A stretch of 64,000 bases of DNA. Origin: Octopus vulgaris (lineage: Eukaryota). The stretch lies in the NCBI GenBank assembly GCA_951406725.2, contig OX597814.1, positions 138,012,001 through 138,076,000 on the forward strand, in the 5' to 3' direction. Of this stretch, positions 24,641 to 39,240 are shown in pieces (the first letter of the stretch is position 1; each line of letters begins with the position of its first letter). The notes under the pieces were generated by a model, which worked only from the letters and a program-made list of their open reading frames with translations, was not told the origin of the DNA and did no database searches. A program made the position numbers and the translations under genes.

Positions 24641-25147
24641 CTGTAATTCCTCGAGTATAATCTGCATTTTTTCCCCAAAGTTTAACGGTCAAAATCCCTA
24701 GTGCATACTATATATGAGGTTAAAAATGAAAAATATTTTCTAAGCAATGTCCATGTCTCTATTTGCTGTCCGGCAATGTTTATTCAGACGCATTTTGTGA
24801 TGCCGGGCACGAAAATACCTTAAGCTAAGCTTGAAAGCAATGAAGTCATAAAAGAATCATCCATAACTTGCAGTAAGTAATATTTATTAAAATAAAAGTA
24901 TTCAGAACACAGAATAACATGTAACAAAAGCAATTTGCAAACGTATTTACATTCCCATATAACAGTTAAGAACATCACCATTATTGTATTATGCATGCGC
25001 TGAAGTGTTTGTTTGACTAGGTGCTGCTAGCTCAAGTTAGAGAAGGGGTGTGTATTATACACAAGGTTTAGGTTTTTCAGAAGTACAGCCCCCTAAAAAT
25101 CCCCTGCATATTATACTCAAGGACGGACTATACTAAAATGAATACTG
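24641..25147. mobile_element. Tc2/pogo-type non-autonomous DNA transposon
   Basis: TA|ctgtaattcctcgagtataa left end; repeated subterminal tgcatattatactc motifs; decayed right TIR. Confidence 0.65.
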
Positions 25148-26241
25148 AATTTCTTTAAAAATACTAGAAATGCTCTGAGTCTTTTTCATATCAACTCATC
25201 TGTGACCACTCCTGGTTCTAAGACACAAACTTTGCTTTAAAGTGATCTAAATTAAAACCTTCCATCAGAATTTCATGTTAATCTATGTTCCCAGCATCAG
25301 TTTAATAATCCTTTCTACTAAAGGCACAAGGCCTGAAATTTGGTGGGAGGAGAGTAGTCGATTACATCACTCCGAAATGGTGAAAGGCAAAGTCGACCTC
25401 AGTGGAATTTGAACCCGGAGCATACCAACAGGCAAAATACTGCTAAGCATTTTGTCCGGTGCGCTGATGATTCTGCCAGCTCATTGTCCCCGGTATCAGG
25501 TTAATAATGGCAGAACTATGTTACTAAATTTTTCATTACTTTCACAATTCATTGAAACAAAGGCAGTGCACTTCAAAAGTATGGTAACAAAATGGTTAAA
25601 TCTATTTGTAATTTCTTTCTATTGTTATGAATACAATGTAAAAATACAATGTAAGCTTTTTTGTTTTTTAACTTAATAGATATTTTATATAACTCTACAA
25701 AAAGCATACACCATATAAAGTGTACAGTTGGCAGGGTCATTAAAGCATCAAATAGATTTTGTGATAACTGTTCAGGACTTTACTATTTTGAGTTCAAATC
25801 CTGCTGAGGTTGACTTTGCCTTTCATTGTTGTAGGTTTGATAAAAAACAGTACTTGTCCTGTACTGAGTCCTATTCCATTCTTGTCATTCCTTTTCTCTG
25901 TCTGTTTGTCTTGTCTTGTTCTTGTTCTGGAAGAAACCAGCTGTGGTCAGACCTGAAGACGGATGTACCCTACTAAGTCTAAAGCTATACCCAAGACATG
26001 CATGTATCTTGTTAGTGTCTCTACAACATTATCAAGCAGTTGAGGGCCTGAGGTAATACTAGCATATAATACATATAATAGGTCGTAACAATTAACAGAT
26101 AATAAAGGCAAAAGCACAGGAGTCATGTATAGAAAACTGAGGTATTTAAAGTGCAATGATCTTACTTTAATCTATCTTCCTATGCATAGTTAAGTGCAGG
26201 CATGGCTGTATGGTTAAGGAGCTCACTTTTGCAGTCACGTA

Positions 26242-27464
26242 TTAGGTTGTTTCATACGAAATGTCGTATTTGAAAGGTAACAATAAAATGTTTCAGAAGT
26301 TTTAGAGAACTGATTTATTTAATCAAAGTATGATCCATGTTTATTTATGACGTTTACCCAATGTTTCTCTATGTCATATATTCCATCTTTAAAAAAAAAA
26401 TTCATCTTTTGCTGTGACAAACTGTCCAAATGCTTAAATTACCTCTTCTCTATTTAAGAATGTTTTATTGCTTATGAAATGCTCAAATTGTTTAAATAAG
26501 TTACGATCAGTTGGAAAGATATCAGTGGAATAGGGAGGATGTTGCAAAATCTCATAATTCAGGCTTTGCAACTTTTTGACCATAGCTTGAGGAGTGTGAA
26601 GATGTGCATTGTTGTGGAGCAAAATTGGGCCATCATTATTCACTAGTCTGGGTTGCTTTTTTTTCAAATTTTCATGCATACAGTCAATTTCCTGGCAATA
26701 TGATGTTGCTGTTACCATTTTTCCTTTTTGCAAAAATGAATAAAGAATAATTCTCTTCGCAGACCACCATACAGTGACCATTAACTTTTTAGGATACAGT
26801 GGTGGGTTTGGGTAGTGTTTAGATAAATCTCCTGCATCTTATCACTGTCCTATTCTCCTGATTTTTTTCAGAGAGTATCCATTTCTCATCACAAGTAATG
26901 ATTTAATGCAAAAATGGTATTTTTGCAGTTGAGAAAGCAATAAGGTGCCTGTTTTTCTGAATCTTGTTCAGTTGATGTGGAACAAACCTATCTGTTTTCT
27001 TGACATTTCCAATTTTTTACAGGTGTCTTAAAACAGTTGTGTGAGATGTTTGGAGTTCTGATGAAAGTTTTTGAACCATTGTTCTCAGATTTTGTTCAAC
27101 CAAAGCATTTAATCCATCATGCCGAATAACTGATTTTGGCCTACCCCTTGGTTTATTTTCAAGGCTATCATCTCCTGAATGAGAGCTTTGGAACCATCTC
27201 TAAACAGTTCTGATGTCAACAAAACCATTACCAAAGGCCCGCTTGATATTCCTTAGAGCTTCTGTGTCAGAATGACCCAGTTTGTACTCGTACGAGAAAA
27301 TCACTCAACATAGTTTGGCTGTAATCATTTTCATAAGGTCTTTGGGTACGAATTTTGTAAACAAATATTGTTGGGAAAGAAAAAGAGTCAAGATTATATG
27401 AGTTTTTTAAATGACTGAAATAACAAGTAATTAAAAATGCAACATTTCATGTGAAGCAACCTAA
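26242..27464 (-). mobile_element. Decayed full-length mariner transposon nested in a family B SINE
   Basis: TIRs ttaggttgtttcatacgaaatgtcgtattt / aaatgcaacatttcatgtgaagcaacctaa. Transposase remnants ILLHNNAHLH (LHDNARPH) and HPPYSTDIFPTD (YSPDLAPSD). SINE head at 26195-26241 continues at 27467. Confidence 0.92.
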
Positions 27465-27687
27465 CAGTTTCATGTTCAATCCCACTGTGTGGTACTTTGA
27501 GCAAGTGCTTTCTACTATAACCTTAGACTGACCAATAACTAGTAAGTGAATTTGGAAAAATGAAAACTGTGTGGAAGTCAATTGTATGTGTGCGTGTATG
27601 CATGCATGCATATATTTACATATACATAACGAACACTGTGAAAGTGATCGTGCTTTACCAGTAAGCTACCAGGTATAAACCATTTTA

Positions 27688-27755
<68 letters not shown>

Positions 27756-28330
27756 TAGCTTAAAAGCCACCCAATCTCTCTCTTTCTGTTGATTGTTTTC
27801 AACAATCACCATCATCCGTACCACTACCATTGCCACAACAACTGCCATATACACACCATTCAGACTTCTGACGCCACTACATCAATACCGTTGACTTTGC
27901 CGCCTTCCCCTCCACCACCATCACCACTATCTTTCACATCATTTACTATTACCATCATCCATGACTGCCTCGGCTACCACCACCATCATCAATGTCGCCT
28001 CTGCCTCTATCACAACTACAGCTCATACTATTACTATCATCCCATTACCGTCACAACCATCAATCTATTACCGCCCTCACCGTCTCTATGCTTACCATTA
28101 CTCTCACCCCATCATGAGGAATAGTAGAACTGTCGTTGAATAGTGAGAGAGGGGGTCAAAGTGTGACACACTGACACAGAGATTTGTTTTGGCATTTATT
28201 ATTATAGATATATATAAGAAGAGTGTTGTGGCTCGTTTGAAGCATTGTAGTACAGAAGTAGAAAACGAAATGCAAAATAATGAACATTTCTAACATTTGC
28301 AGGAGTTGCAGCTGCTGCTAACTCAAACAC

Positions 28331-28422
28331 TGACTTGAGCAGCATTCACCTGGGGTGGGTTGAGATGAATGAAGCCAGCTCAACCCACCCCGGGTGAATG
28401 CTGCTCAAGTCAAGTCAAGTCA
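28331..28422 (+). repeat. 34-bp-arm hairpin insertion with (CAAGT)n tail and 10-bp TSD
   Basis: Arms 28331-28364 and 28379-28412 (one G-U), 14-nt loop; tcaaacactg at 28323-32 and 28420-29. Confidence 0.85.
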
Positions 28423-29477
28423 AACACTGGGCTATCCAAAATGTAAATCTATGTAAATACACATTTCTTTGATTGTATTCTTCTGAAGAATAGTCCTGTT
28501 ATCCCAAAATATAAAGGTTTTTTAAAACTTTCTGCATAATGCTTGTAGCTTTGTATGTGTTTATTCCCTCATCCACTGCTTCTTGGTTTGTTTACATCCC
28601 CATAACCAAGCAGTTCAACAATAGAAATTGGTAGAATAAGTGCCGGGTCTTTAAAAGAACAAAAGTAATTACTAGAGTTGAACAAGAAAACAACATTGGA
28701 TATAAAATAAGTATCTTAAAATAGTATAAATGATTTTATTGCTTGCTGGGTCACCTTAAACCAATCTAAGTGCATTTAATTATTAATTGTTTATGAGCAA
28801 TTGTATTTTAGCCTAGTTACTGTCTGCATTTTAAAAACAGGTTTAATTATGATCTAATGTAATATGCAGGCTGATTATTATTTTGCCACCTTTAAATTAA
28901 CACTGTAATAAATCCTATAACAAATGTATCAGATATAAAATTTTGATTTCCAATTGGATCAACAAAAGACTATAGCCATTCAGTATTTGCAACTTAAGTG
29001 ACTGACTGAATGTGAAAGCATGTCTTGGAGTAATTGAGTGAAATGTTGCAATGTATTTAGAGTACTAGCATCTGTACAGTCACAAATTCTGGGCTATGGC
29101 TGTAGTTGAATAGCCCTAGTATGTGACTGGTATTACATTTTATCAAACTTGGAAGAATAAAATGTAATGTTAACCTAGACAAGATTTTAACTCAGAACAT
29201 AAAGAGCTATAACCATATACTGCTCTACCAATTATTCTGATCCATCACTCTGTAATTATATTATACCAGAACAAAGCCTTGTGAGAGAATTTGGTAAATG
29301 GAAACTGGTTTCTATGGCTGGATGCTCTTCCTAATGCCAATCGCTTTACATAGTGTACTGTATGCTTTTTGTGTTGCAACCACACCAGTGCTTTTCATAT
29401 GGTATTGGCACACACACCAATACTTTTTATATGGTACCTTGGTTTTAGGTACTCAGTTCTGTTGTGGTGTGTAGGTA

Positions 29478-29529
<52 letters not shown>

Positions 29530-32500
29530 TCAAACTCTCTCATGCACCAAATGTCAATTGCTAAAAAGCATCCGTGAAGTAAAATTATGTAGCAACACCA
29601 AATGGCGGTGCCCCAACATGGCCACAGCTCGTGAGCTGAAACTAGATGAAAAAAAAAAATATATATGTGTATGTATATGTAATATGTATATGGATGTATG
29701 TTTATATGTACTCATGTCTAGACATCACATGGTGATTGTAAGATAACATCATTGTCATAGAAGCATGGTTGTTTGTTTCTAGTCTTCAGTGAAAAACATT
29801 TCTGGCTATGGGGAAATATTACCTTGCTTGGAAGCAGGTGAGAGTTGGCAACAGGAAGGGCATCCTGCTGTAGAAAGTCTGCCTCAGCAAATTCTGTCTG
29901 ACCCATATGAGCATGAAAAACTTTATGTTAAATGATGATGATGGTGAAGAGATATAGAAATTGGTCTGTGATTGGGAAGTGGGATGATGGAGAGGCTGCA
30001 AATAGGGGTGTCAGTACATAGTCTTAATGAATTTGGAACTTGCTGTTCTGTTAGCTCAAAACATGCTTTTAAACAAAAATGAGGGAAGAGGAATAACCCA
30101 TGGTTTGAATATGGGCAACATAGATGAATAAAGGTGTATCAAATACTATTCAAAATATAAGTTCTTCCTGTCTCCAGAGAATCAGATGGTCTTTTTCTTA
30201 ACACTATTGATACCAAATTGCCTGAGACCATTCTTGGTTCTATGATTCAAATCCCAGTGTTGAAGTGATCTGAACTGAAACCTTTCATAAAAATTTCTTG
30301 TTAATTTATGTTGCAAACACCAGCTTAATGATGAAAATTTGTCATCATCATCGTCATCCTCACTTAATGCCTGTTTTCTATGCTGGAATTGGATGGATGA
30401 TTTGACAGGAGCTCATAAGGCTGGGAGCTGCTCCAGGCACCATTGTCTGTTTTGGCATGGTTTCTATGGCTAAATGCTCTTCCTTATGCCACCACTTTAC
30501 AAAGTGTACTGGGTGATTTTTACATGGCAACAGCACCAGTGCTTTTTACATTGCACCAGTCATTATTTCAAAAATCAATTGAAATAAAGGCATGTATATC
30601 ATCTGAAATATAGTAACAAGAGGTTGAATGTCATCTCAATTCATGTAAGTTCCAGACAGTACTTGATGCTTGGAAGGCAGCTAGCTGACAGAATCGTTAG
30701 CATGCCCGGCGAAATGCTTAGCTGTATTTCATCTGCTGCTACGTTCTGAGTTCAAATTCTGCCGAGGTTGACTTTGCCTTTTGTCCTTTTGGGGTTGATT
30801 AAATAAGTACCAGTTACGCACTGGAGTCAATGAAATAAATACTTGATGCTTGAGATTATCTCCCTTCCTCATTCAGAATTGATCACTGTTGCTGCATGGT
30901 AATTATTTTCTCAGGAAGAAAAGATAGTTTCAATAAATCAAGAATTAATCTTGTGTGGTAATTATTTATTATGCTTTTATAGATCATTTTGCTGGACTAG
31001 CTGTCATTGCTGCTAATTCCATTTCTCCAGTCATTTATATGGAAGGCATAATGTCTATGGTTTATAAGGAGGCAAGAAGTAGGAAGTTGTAACATTAATC
31101 ACTTCTTTCATAAGGGTGTTATTGATGTAAGAAAAGAGACACCAGTTAGGTCTGGAACTTTTGAGAAATGCACTGTTATTTCATGCCACAAAACTCCTTT
31201 ACCTTGTTCTTTGTTTTATGAGTTTCTGTATTTATATAAGAATCAATAATAATAAAAAGTCTGTTAAGTGAGACAGCTGTCTTACTTCAACAGTCTTTTT
31301 TATAATTATTGCAAATGAAAGGTGGGAAAAGAGAGATTGGGTACTGAACTACGTATAAAAGTAGATATGGCTGATTGGTTAAGAAGTTTGCTTCTCAACC
31401 ACATAGTTTCAAGTTCAGTTCCATTATGTAGAAGCCTTGGGCAAGTGTCTACTATTATAACCCCGGGCTGGCTAAAACCTTTTGAGTAGATTTTGTAGAT
31501 ATAAACTGAAAGAAACCTGGCATATACATATGTGTGTTTAAGTTAAGTGTGTATATAGTTATGTTAGAGTGTGTGTTTTTGTGTCTCCTTGTCTTGAAAT
31601 CACACAGAAGTTGTAAGAGAATGTCACTGTCATACAAGCATTATCATTCTTTTGTCAAATATTCTTTATTAATGTTTAGCTATAGGGAAATATTACTTTG
31701 CTGGGAAACAATTGAGAGTTGACAAAAGGGCATCCATAGAAAATCTACCTCAGTTGGCTCTACCCGACCCTTTCGAGCACGGAAATGTGGATATTAAAAC
31801 TGTGATGACGACGATGATTATAACAATGATGATGATGATGATGGTGATGGTAACTTTCCATTATAGAGATATTTACTGTGTGTGAGAGAATACACTGCAG
31901 CTGCAGCATATAATGTCATCTTACCAATATCTGCTGTTGTTAAGAACATTTGAGTTGTTGCTGGTATTGTTTAGCCCTAAGTCAGCTATTATCAAATAGA
32001 CTTATGACATTTGGTAAGACATTAATAAAATGACTAAGTAACTAACATCGTCATCATCACCATCATCATCAGCCTTAAACCAATGAGAGGATGATGTATA
32101 GACAATCTTCACCATCATCACAACCATCATTTAACATCCATTTGCCATGCTTGCATAAGTTGGGTGGTTTGACAGGAGCTGGGGAGCTGCCCAGACTTCA
32201 AATTGTCTGTTGTGGAATGGTTTCTATGGCTGGATGTCTTTCTTAATGCCAACCACTTTATAGAGTGTGCTGGGTGCTTTTTATGTGTCACATGCATGGG
32301 TGCATTTACGCAGCACTAGTACAAGTGCATTTTATGTGGCACTGGCACCTGTAATGGACAAGCCTGTATGCATGGATGACAACAATTTTACTTAGCTTGA
32401 CACATCTTTTCAAGTACAGTAAATTGCCATTACTCCTGATCCCTTGTCATCTCCTCAGCGAGGCCCAGTGATTGAAGATCCTTTCTCACCATTCTGTCCC

Positions 32501-35500
32501 ATGTCTTCCTGGGTCTTTTCTTTCCATAGGTTCCCTCCACAATTAGAGCTGGGCACTTCTTTATGCAGCTGTCCTCATCCAACATGGGAGAGAAATGATC
32601 AGCTGGATAAAGAGTCAGGTTATTAATTTACAGATTGTAAAGTCAAATTTTTAAGTCCTTTTGTTATGTTCCAGACCCTGTTTTAAAGCACATACACACA
32701 TACATGGCTATGTGGATGAGAAGTTTGTTTTCCAACCACATAGTTTTGGGTTCAGTCCCACAGTGAGGCACTTGGGTGACTGTCTTCCACTAAAGTCCTG
32801 GGTTGACCAAAGCTTTGTGAGTGGATTCGATTAAAAAAGCCCATTGTAGATGTATGTATATGTGTGTATGTCAGTGTGATTGTGTGTATCTTCTTGCTTT
32901 GACATTGCATAATTGTTGAAGTGAGTGTTACTATCATACAAGTAATGTTATACATTGCCAATATTTTGTGAAAACCATGTCCTTGTTAGGAAACATGATG
33001 GTTGGTGACAGGAGGGGCATCCAGCTGTAGAAAATCTGCCTCAATAAATTCCATCTGACACATACAAAAATGGAAATGGGCATCACGGCAAAGTTAAATA
33101 CAATGATGATATAATACCTAGATACATGAATTTTTAGTTGAATGAATTAACCCCAGTACCTAGTGTTTTTTAAGCCTGGTACTTATTCTATCAGTGTCTT
33201 TTGCTTAACTGCTAAGTTATGAGGATGTACATACAGCAATATTGGTTGTCAAGCAATGGTGAGGAAAAATACACTGACAGAGAGAGAAAGAGAAAGAGAG
33301 AGAGAGAGAGAAAGAAAGAAGAGAGAGAGAGAGAAAGAAAGAGAGAGAGAAAGAAAGAAAGAGAGAGAGGCTTGTTTCAATTTCTTATTTATTTATTACC
33401 CATAAAGGGCTAAACATAGAGGGGACAAACAAGGACAGACAAAAGGATTAAGTCAATTACATCGACCCCAGTGTGTAACTGGTACTTAATTTATCGACCC
33501 CCGAAAGGATGAAAGGCAAAGTCGACCTCGGCGGAATTTGAACTCAGAACGTAGTGGCAGACGAAATACTGCTAAGCATTTCGCTCGGCATGCTAACGTT
33601 TCTGCCAGCTCGCCGCCTTGATTGTTTCAATTTCTGTCTACCAAATCCACTCACAAAGCTTTGGCCAGTATGAAGCAACATTAGAAGACACTTTGCCAAA
33701 AGTGCCATACAGTTAGACTGAACTTGGAACCATGTGGTTGGGAAGTAAGCTTCTTGCCACACAACCACGCCTACACCTATATACCTGGAATATGGTTGTT
33801 ACTTAACTTTATTCCTCTGGTTTCCCATGTAAAAAAGTAGTTTTTCAACATGGAAGCCAAATAAATAAATAAATGAATAGAAAACGAAATAAAAACCAAA
33901 AAAATTGTCACCCTAGAGTTTAAAAGAGAAGAATGTGGGAAATGAGAAACACCTGGTTGTTATATGATCATACTACTTCACGCACCTCTGGTACAAATTT
34001 AGCTTGATATAACTGATGGTGAAACTGAACCTGTACATTGTTAGTTGAATGTAGATATGATGTGCCTGTTTGTCAGTAATTTTGGAACCAATGCAAATTG
34101 GTTGTTGTTTTGTTACAGGTTTTTTGTTTTTGCATTCTGAAAAAGAATATCTGTTATAGGTTGTTAAATACAAAGTTATAAATGATGGAATTTATTTAGA
34201 ATTGAACACCAGATGCTTAATAATAAATAATTTCTTGTTGGTATTCAAGGCCATTAGATTTGCAGAGAAATGGAATAGAAGTGATATTGTTTGATGTTGA
34301 TGTTTTTGTCAGGTGAGTTACTTGTGCTATGAGGTGAAATGAAATCCACACTGGCAGGGAAACGATTACAGCTAGGGACCTATAAGTTGGCAGTTGGAGT
34401 TATCAGACTTTGAATGATATGTTTTGTCTTTTACTTGTTTCAGTCATTAGACTGTGGCCATGCTGGGACACTGCCTTGAAGGGTTTTAGTCAAACAAAGT
34501 GACCCCAGAACTTTTCTCATTCTATGCCAGACAGCTAAGTTATGAGGGACATAACAAAACCAACATTGGTTGTCAAGTGGTGGGAGAGGGACAAACACAG
34601 ATATACACTCATAAATCATTATCATCATCAATATTATTTTAACATACATTTTTCTGCGTTTGCATGGGTTTGATGAAGTTTGTTGTAGTAGAATTTCTAT
34701 ATGCAGGTGCCCTTCCTATCACCAATTCTCACCTGTTTCTAAGGTGATATTTCCCTATATTTAGGGTCCACACACACACACTGGCACTCTGTTGGAAATT
34801 ATGATGTGGATTCAAGTTGATCTGATCAATGGAACAACCTGTTTATAAAATTGATGTGCAAGTGTCCGAGCTCTCCACAGACATCAGTACCAATAACATA
34901 CATCTCTGGGAGATTCAACATAACACAGAATATGACAAGGTTGGCACCTTTGAATTACAGATACAACTCATTTTTGCCAGCTGAGGAGACTGAAGCAATG
35001 TGAAATAAAGTGTCTTGCTCAAGAACACAATCACTGCCAGGAATTGAATTCACAACCTTACAATCGTGAGCCGAATATTCTAACCACTAAGTCATGCACC
35101 TTCACCACACACACACACACTCACTCACACACACACAAACACGCATGCATGCACGCACACACGCATGCACACATGCGCGCACACACACACATGCACACTA
35201 GTGGTTTTTACATAGTTTCTGTCTACCAAAGTCACAATTTACTCGCAAGGCATTAGCCTTGGGCTGACAGTTGCCCAAGGTGCTGCCCAAGGGACTGAAC
35301 CTGAAACCACGTGGTTGTAAAACAAGCTTCTGAAAGCACACTGCCATGCCTGTGCCTTTCATTCAATTATCTATCTCCCTCCCCCTCTTGCCATAGAATT
35401 TTTAATTGAATCAAATGAATGCCCTTCACATGATGATTGTAAAGGAAAAAAGAATTCATGAAAGAGGTTTCACCAAGAAGGTATACGGAACTAGACAACT

Positions 35501-35890
35501 CCTATGTAATTATATTTCCAATTGAGTAACAACTCCTTTAGATATTTAATAACCCCTTTGCTTCTTTCGCATTGTCACCTAGTTTTTGTATGTTTCTTTC
35601 TTCATTCATCTCTTTCTTTTTCATTCATTTACTGTTTTATTTGATTTTCTTCTTGGTTTAGTGGAATGTGCATATGTATATACATGAAGGAGTATGTGCA
35701 TGTATGTGTATGTATGAAAGAGTAAAAAGAGTAGCTGATACTGAAAGCAGAGTTACTTATCTACTGGAAGTTGAAAACTTAACTCAGTCTCTTAGAGATG
35801 ACCTTCAGAAGATAATGTAATGATAATTAAAACAAGGAAAAGAACACAGAATCCATATATAATCCGCATACATACCTATGTGTGTGTGTA

Positions 35891-35932
<42 letters not shown>

Positions 35933-36102
35933 CTATATAATTAGGGTTCAGCTACAATTTGCTTCACCACATACCGAAGTTTAGAAATAGCAGTCAAAAA
36001 ATCTTAGCTATTCCTTCTACTTTAAAGGGAGTTCCCAGAAAAACCAAAGTACACTTGGTGAAATTACTGATTACTTCTTAATTAATTAATTTCACCCTTT
36101 GT

Positions 36103-36155
<53 letters not shown>

Positions 36156-36309
36156 GAGAGAGAGGGGGGGAGAGGAAAAATAGAAGTTGGATATGCACTG
36201 AGAATAGTTAAAATATTTTTATTGATATATTTGAAGCTTTAACCAGTTTCACAGTTTACACTGATTTTCAAAAAGTTCAAATAGAAAGATATGGCTTATG
36301 TCACAGCTA

Positions 36310-37615
36310 TATTTCCTTATTAGGCACACAGGCCCTAATACAGAGGGTGTTGGTACAAGGACAGACAACAATGCAGTGGGGGACAAAAAGCATAAAATGA
36401 ATGAATGAAAAATGGATTATAATAATGAAGATGAAATGGCTACTTGAACCTCACTCTCAAGCAGTACCATTTAATTGTTTTAATAAAAGTTTTTATATCT
36501 TTTTTTTCTTTCTTTTTAGTGTCCTATGTGTAGTCTCTTTAACAAAAGTTAAAAGTTTACTCATGCTTTATGAGTTCATGTATGGTTTCAAATCTACATA
36601 ATCTACAGCAGGCAGTAGGTTGTCAAACTCTACCTCTACACCCAATGGGTCTGTGTTGGTTCTACGCCATTCTTTTAATTTTCCATACCTCTCTTGGTCT
36701 ATTACTATGCCTTTTGTATTTTCTGTGTAAAGCTCTGCTGGTAATTTTACTCTAATTACTGATTTAAATTTGGTAATTTTCCTTTCTATCGCCGTACTTT
36801 TTGTATATGTTACCATATACCATTTATTTTTCCTGGGATTTTTCACTGTTTCAGTGGTGAACTTGAGTGTCTGGGTAGGTTTCCTTTTTGTTTCCTTGTA
36901 GAGCTGTATGCTGTATGAGCTGTACAATATCTCTTTCACTCTTCTTTTTCTCTTTTGGGCTTTTCAGGAGAGAGTTTGCTATTTCTCATGTGCTAGGCCT
37001 GTCACTTCAGTACTCTGCTCTTGTTGGTTTTCCTCACTTTTACTGTCTCTCTAGGGGCACTTTATTCTAATGTGTCCCTTTTTTCTGTATTGATAGCAGG
37101 TTGGTGGTCTTTCTTCTACCACTTTCAACCTTATGTCCTCAGGTAGAATAACTTCTTCAGCGATTTCATTCAACTCTTGTTGTCCAACTTGAATGACCAT
37201 TTCTAGACTATACCCCCATCAATTTACCTTCTTTGTCCTAGTCACCTTTAGAATTTTGGTGCCCTCCTCGATTTTATGCATTACGGCTGCCACCAGCCAT
37301 GCTTCCTTGATTTTTGGTGGCATTCTGCCTATTCTCACTTTGGTGACCCTTTTGTTGCAGTAGGTAGGCAGGAGTACCCATTTTTCTTTCTTTAGCATCA
37401 CAGTGGAGTGGTTTATTGTCTCCTGTTCATTGGCAAATCTTACCTCCACTGTGCTGTATTTTCTTCCTCTTGTATAGAATGTTGTCAGGTTCTTAATTTC
37501 CTTCAGACATTTTCCAGTCACTTCTTCTGTAGCTATCTCTATTTTCTTGGTGGTTATAGATAGTGTTCTGTATACCACTGTTCTTTTCTTTGTACTGGTT
37601 ATCACTTCTGGAGGT
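36310..37615 (-). mobile_element. Decayed L1/Tx1-like element encoding ORF1 only (gag-like, CCHC knuckle)
   Basis: ORF pieces 37219-37605 and 36568-36939; VVEERPPTCYQYRKKGHIRIKCP knuckle at about 37055-37122; T-rich 3' UTR and tail at 36310-36390; no EN or RT recognised. Confidence 0.7.
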
Positions 37616-38110
37616 TGTCAAGCGATGGTATGGGGGACAAACAGACACACAAACATATACATATATATATACGACAGGCTTCTTTCAGTTTCCATCTACC
37701 AAATTCACTCACAAGGCTTTGGTTGGCCTGAGGCTATAGTAGAAGACACTTACCCAAGGTGCCATGCAGTGGGACTGAACTCAGAATCGTGTGGTTGGGA
37801 AACAAGCTTCTTACCACACAGCCACTCCTGCACCTAAACATATGAATGTCAGTCATCCCTAGTTTATTTATATAGTTACAGAAAGTCTTCAAATTTTCTA
37901 AGGAAATAAAATAAAATAGAGTGAAGTAGAATATTTAAATAATTACTTTATTTTACTTTATTTAATTTCATTTCATTCCATTTCATTTCCTTGGAAAATC
38001 TGAAGACTTTCTGTACCTGTATAGAAAAAAACTTAATAAATGGTACTTTCATTGTATAATATACTGTTCTGTACACAAAAAACAATTTATTGCTATATAT
38101 ACACACACAC

Positions 38111-38202
<92 letters not shown>

Positions 38203-38649
38203 TTATCATTATTGTTTTTATGTCTGTTTATGAGAGTTAGGTGAGACTTCTTCAATGGCCAGATACTCCACCTTCTTCCTTGGCTCTAATTCTTGCCTGT
38301 TTTCAACTAAGGTGTTACCACTAGTTTTTTTTTACTCATTAAACTACTGAGCTGTTGAACCTAAACACCACTACAGCTCAAATGGTGTCATTGCATGCAA
38401 ACACACTCATCATCATCATTATCGTTGCTGCTACAGTTTTAAGGTCCTCTTTCCCAAGCATGCATGGATCAGACAGAATTCATTGAGGCAGATTTTCTGA
38501 CTCAATGCCCATCCTGTCACCAACTAATATTTATTTTGACAGCCACTTTTCTATGGAGGCAGATTTTTCTGTGGCTGAGTGCTTTTACTGTTACCAAATC
38601 TAGAAAAGAATCACTAGAATATATAGAATTGTGAAAGTCTTCCTTAGAT

Positions 38650-38902
38650 GTTACATTAGGACCATTCTAAAAATTTCTTAGTAAGACCACATCACAAATG
38701 AAGATCTCATGAACAAGTGTTCTATAGGCTACCATAATGTAAGAAGCAAGTCAAATCCATCAAGATCTGGATGAGGACTGTGCAGGGGTTAGCAGACCTG
38801 CATCTATCTTCAGAACAGGCTCATGACAGGGTTTGTGACAGTACTGGATGGAGATCTCTGATTGGTTGATGCTCCATGGGGAATGGGAGGAACTAAGATA
38901 AG
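38650..38902 (+). mobile_element. Degenerate RTE 3' fragment
   Basis: ggatggagatctctg...tgctcc...ggaactaagataag end preceded by RSKSNPSRSG/RTV-like remnants. Confidence 0.5.
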
Positions 38903-39240
38903 TTGTACATTTTCACTTGAATTAAATGTAAAAATTTTCAACCTAAAACCGTATTAGACATTATAATCATCAGCAGCCCTGCTTGTAGGAGTTGAACTAT
39001 GTATCTATTTCTTAGCAGGTAAATGAATTATTGGTTACTCTATAAAATACCTACTACTATTGCCTTCAAATTAAGTTTTGTAAGTCTGTTTACTGGTATT
39101 TCATTTCCATAAAGTAGTTATTCATTATGACTTCACAGAGCATGATAAATTATACAGGCATATACATATGTATCATGTTATATACATTCATGTCCAACAT
39201 AGTAAGGTTGCCCCTAACACTAGGTGTATGATGAGAAATA

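Noticed and set aside
27789-28124. His/Pro/Thr-rich ORFs
   Set aside because: Decayed (CAC/CAT)n low-complexity tract.
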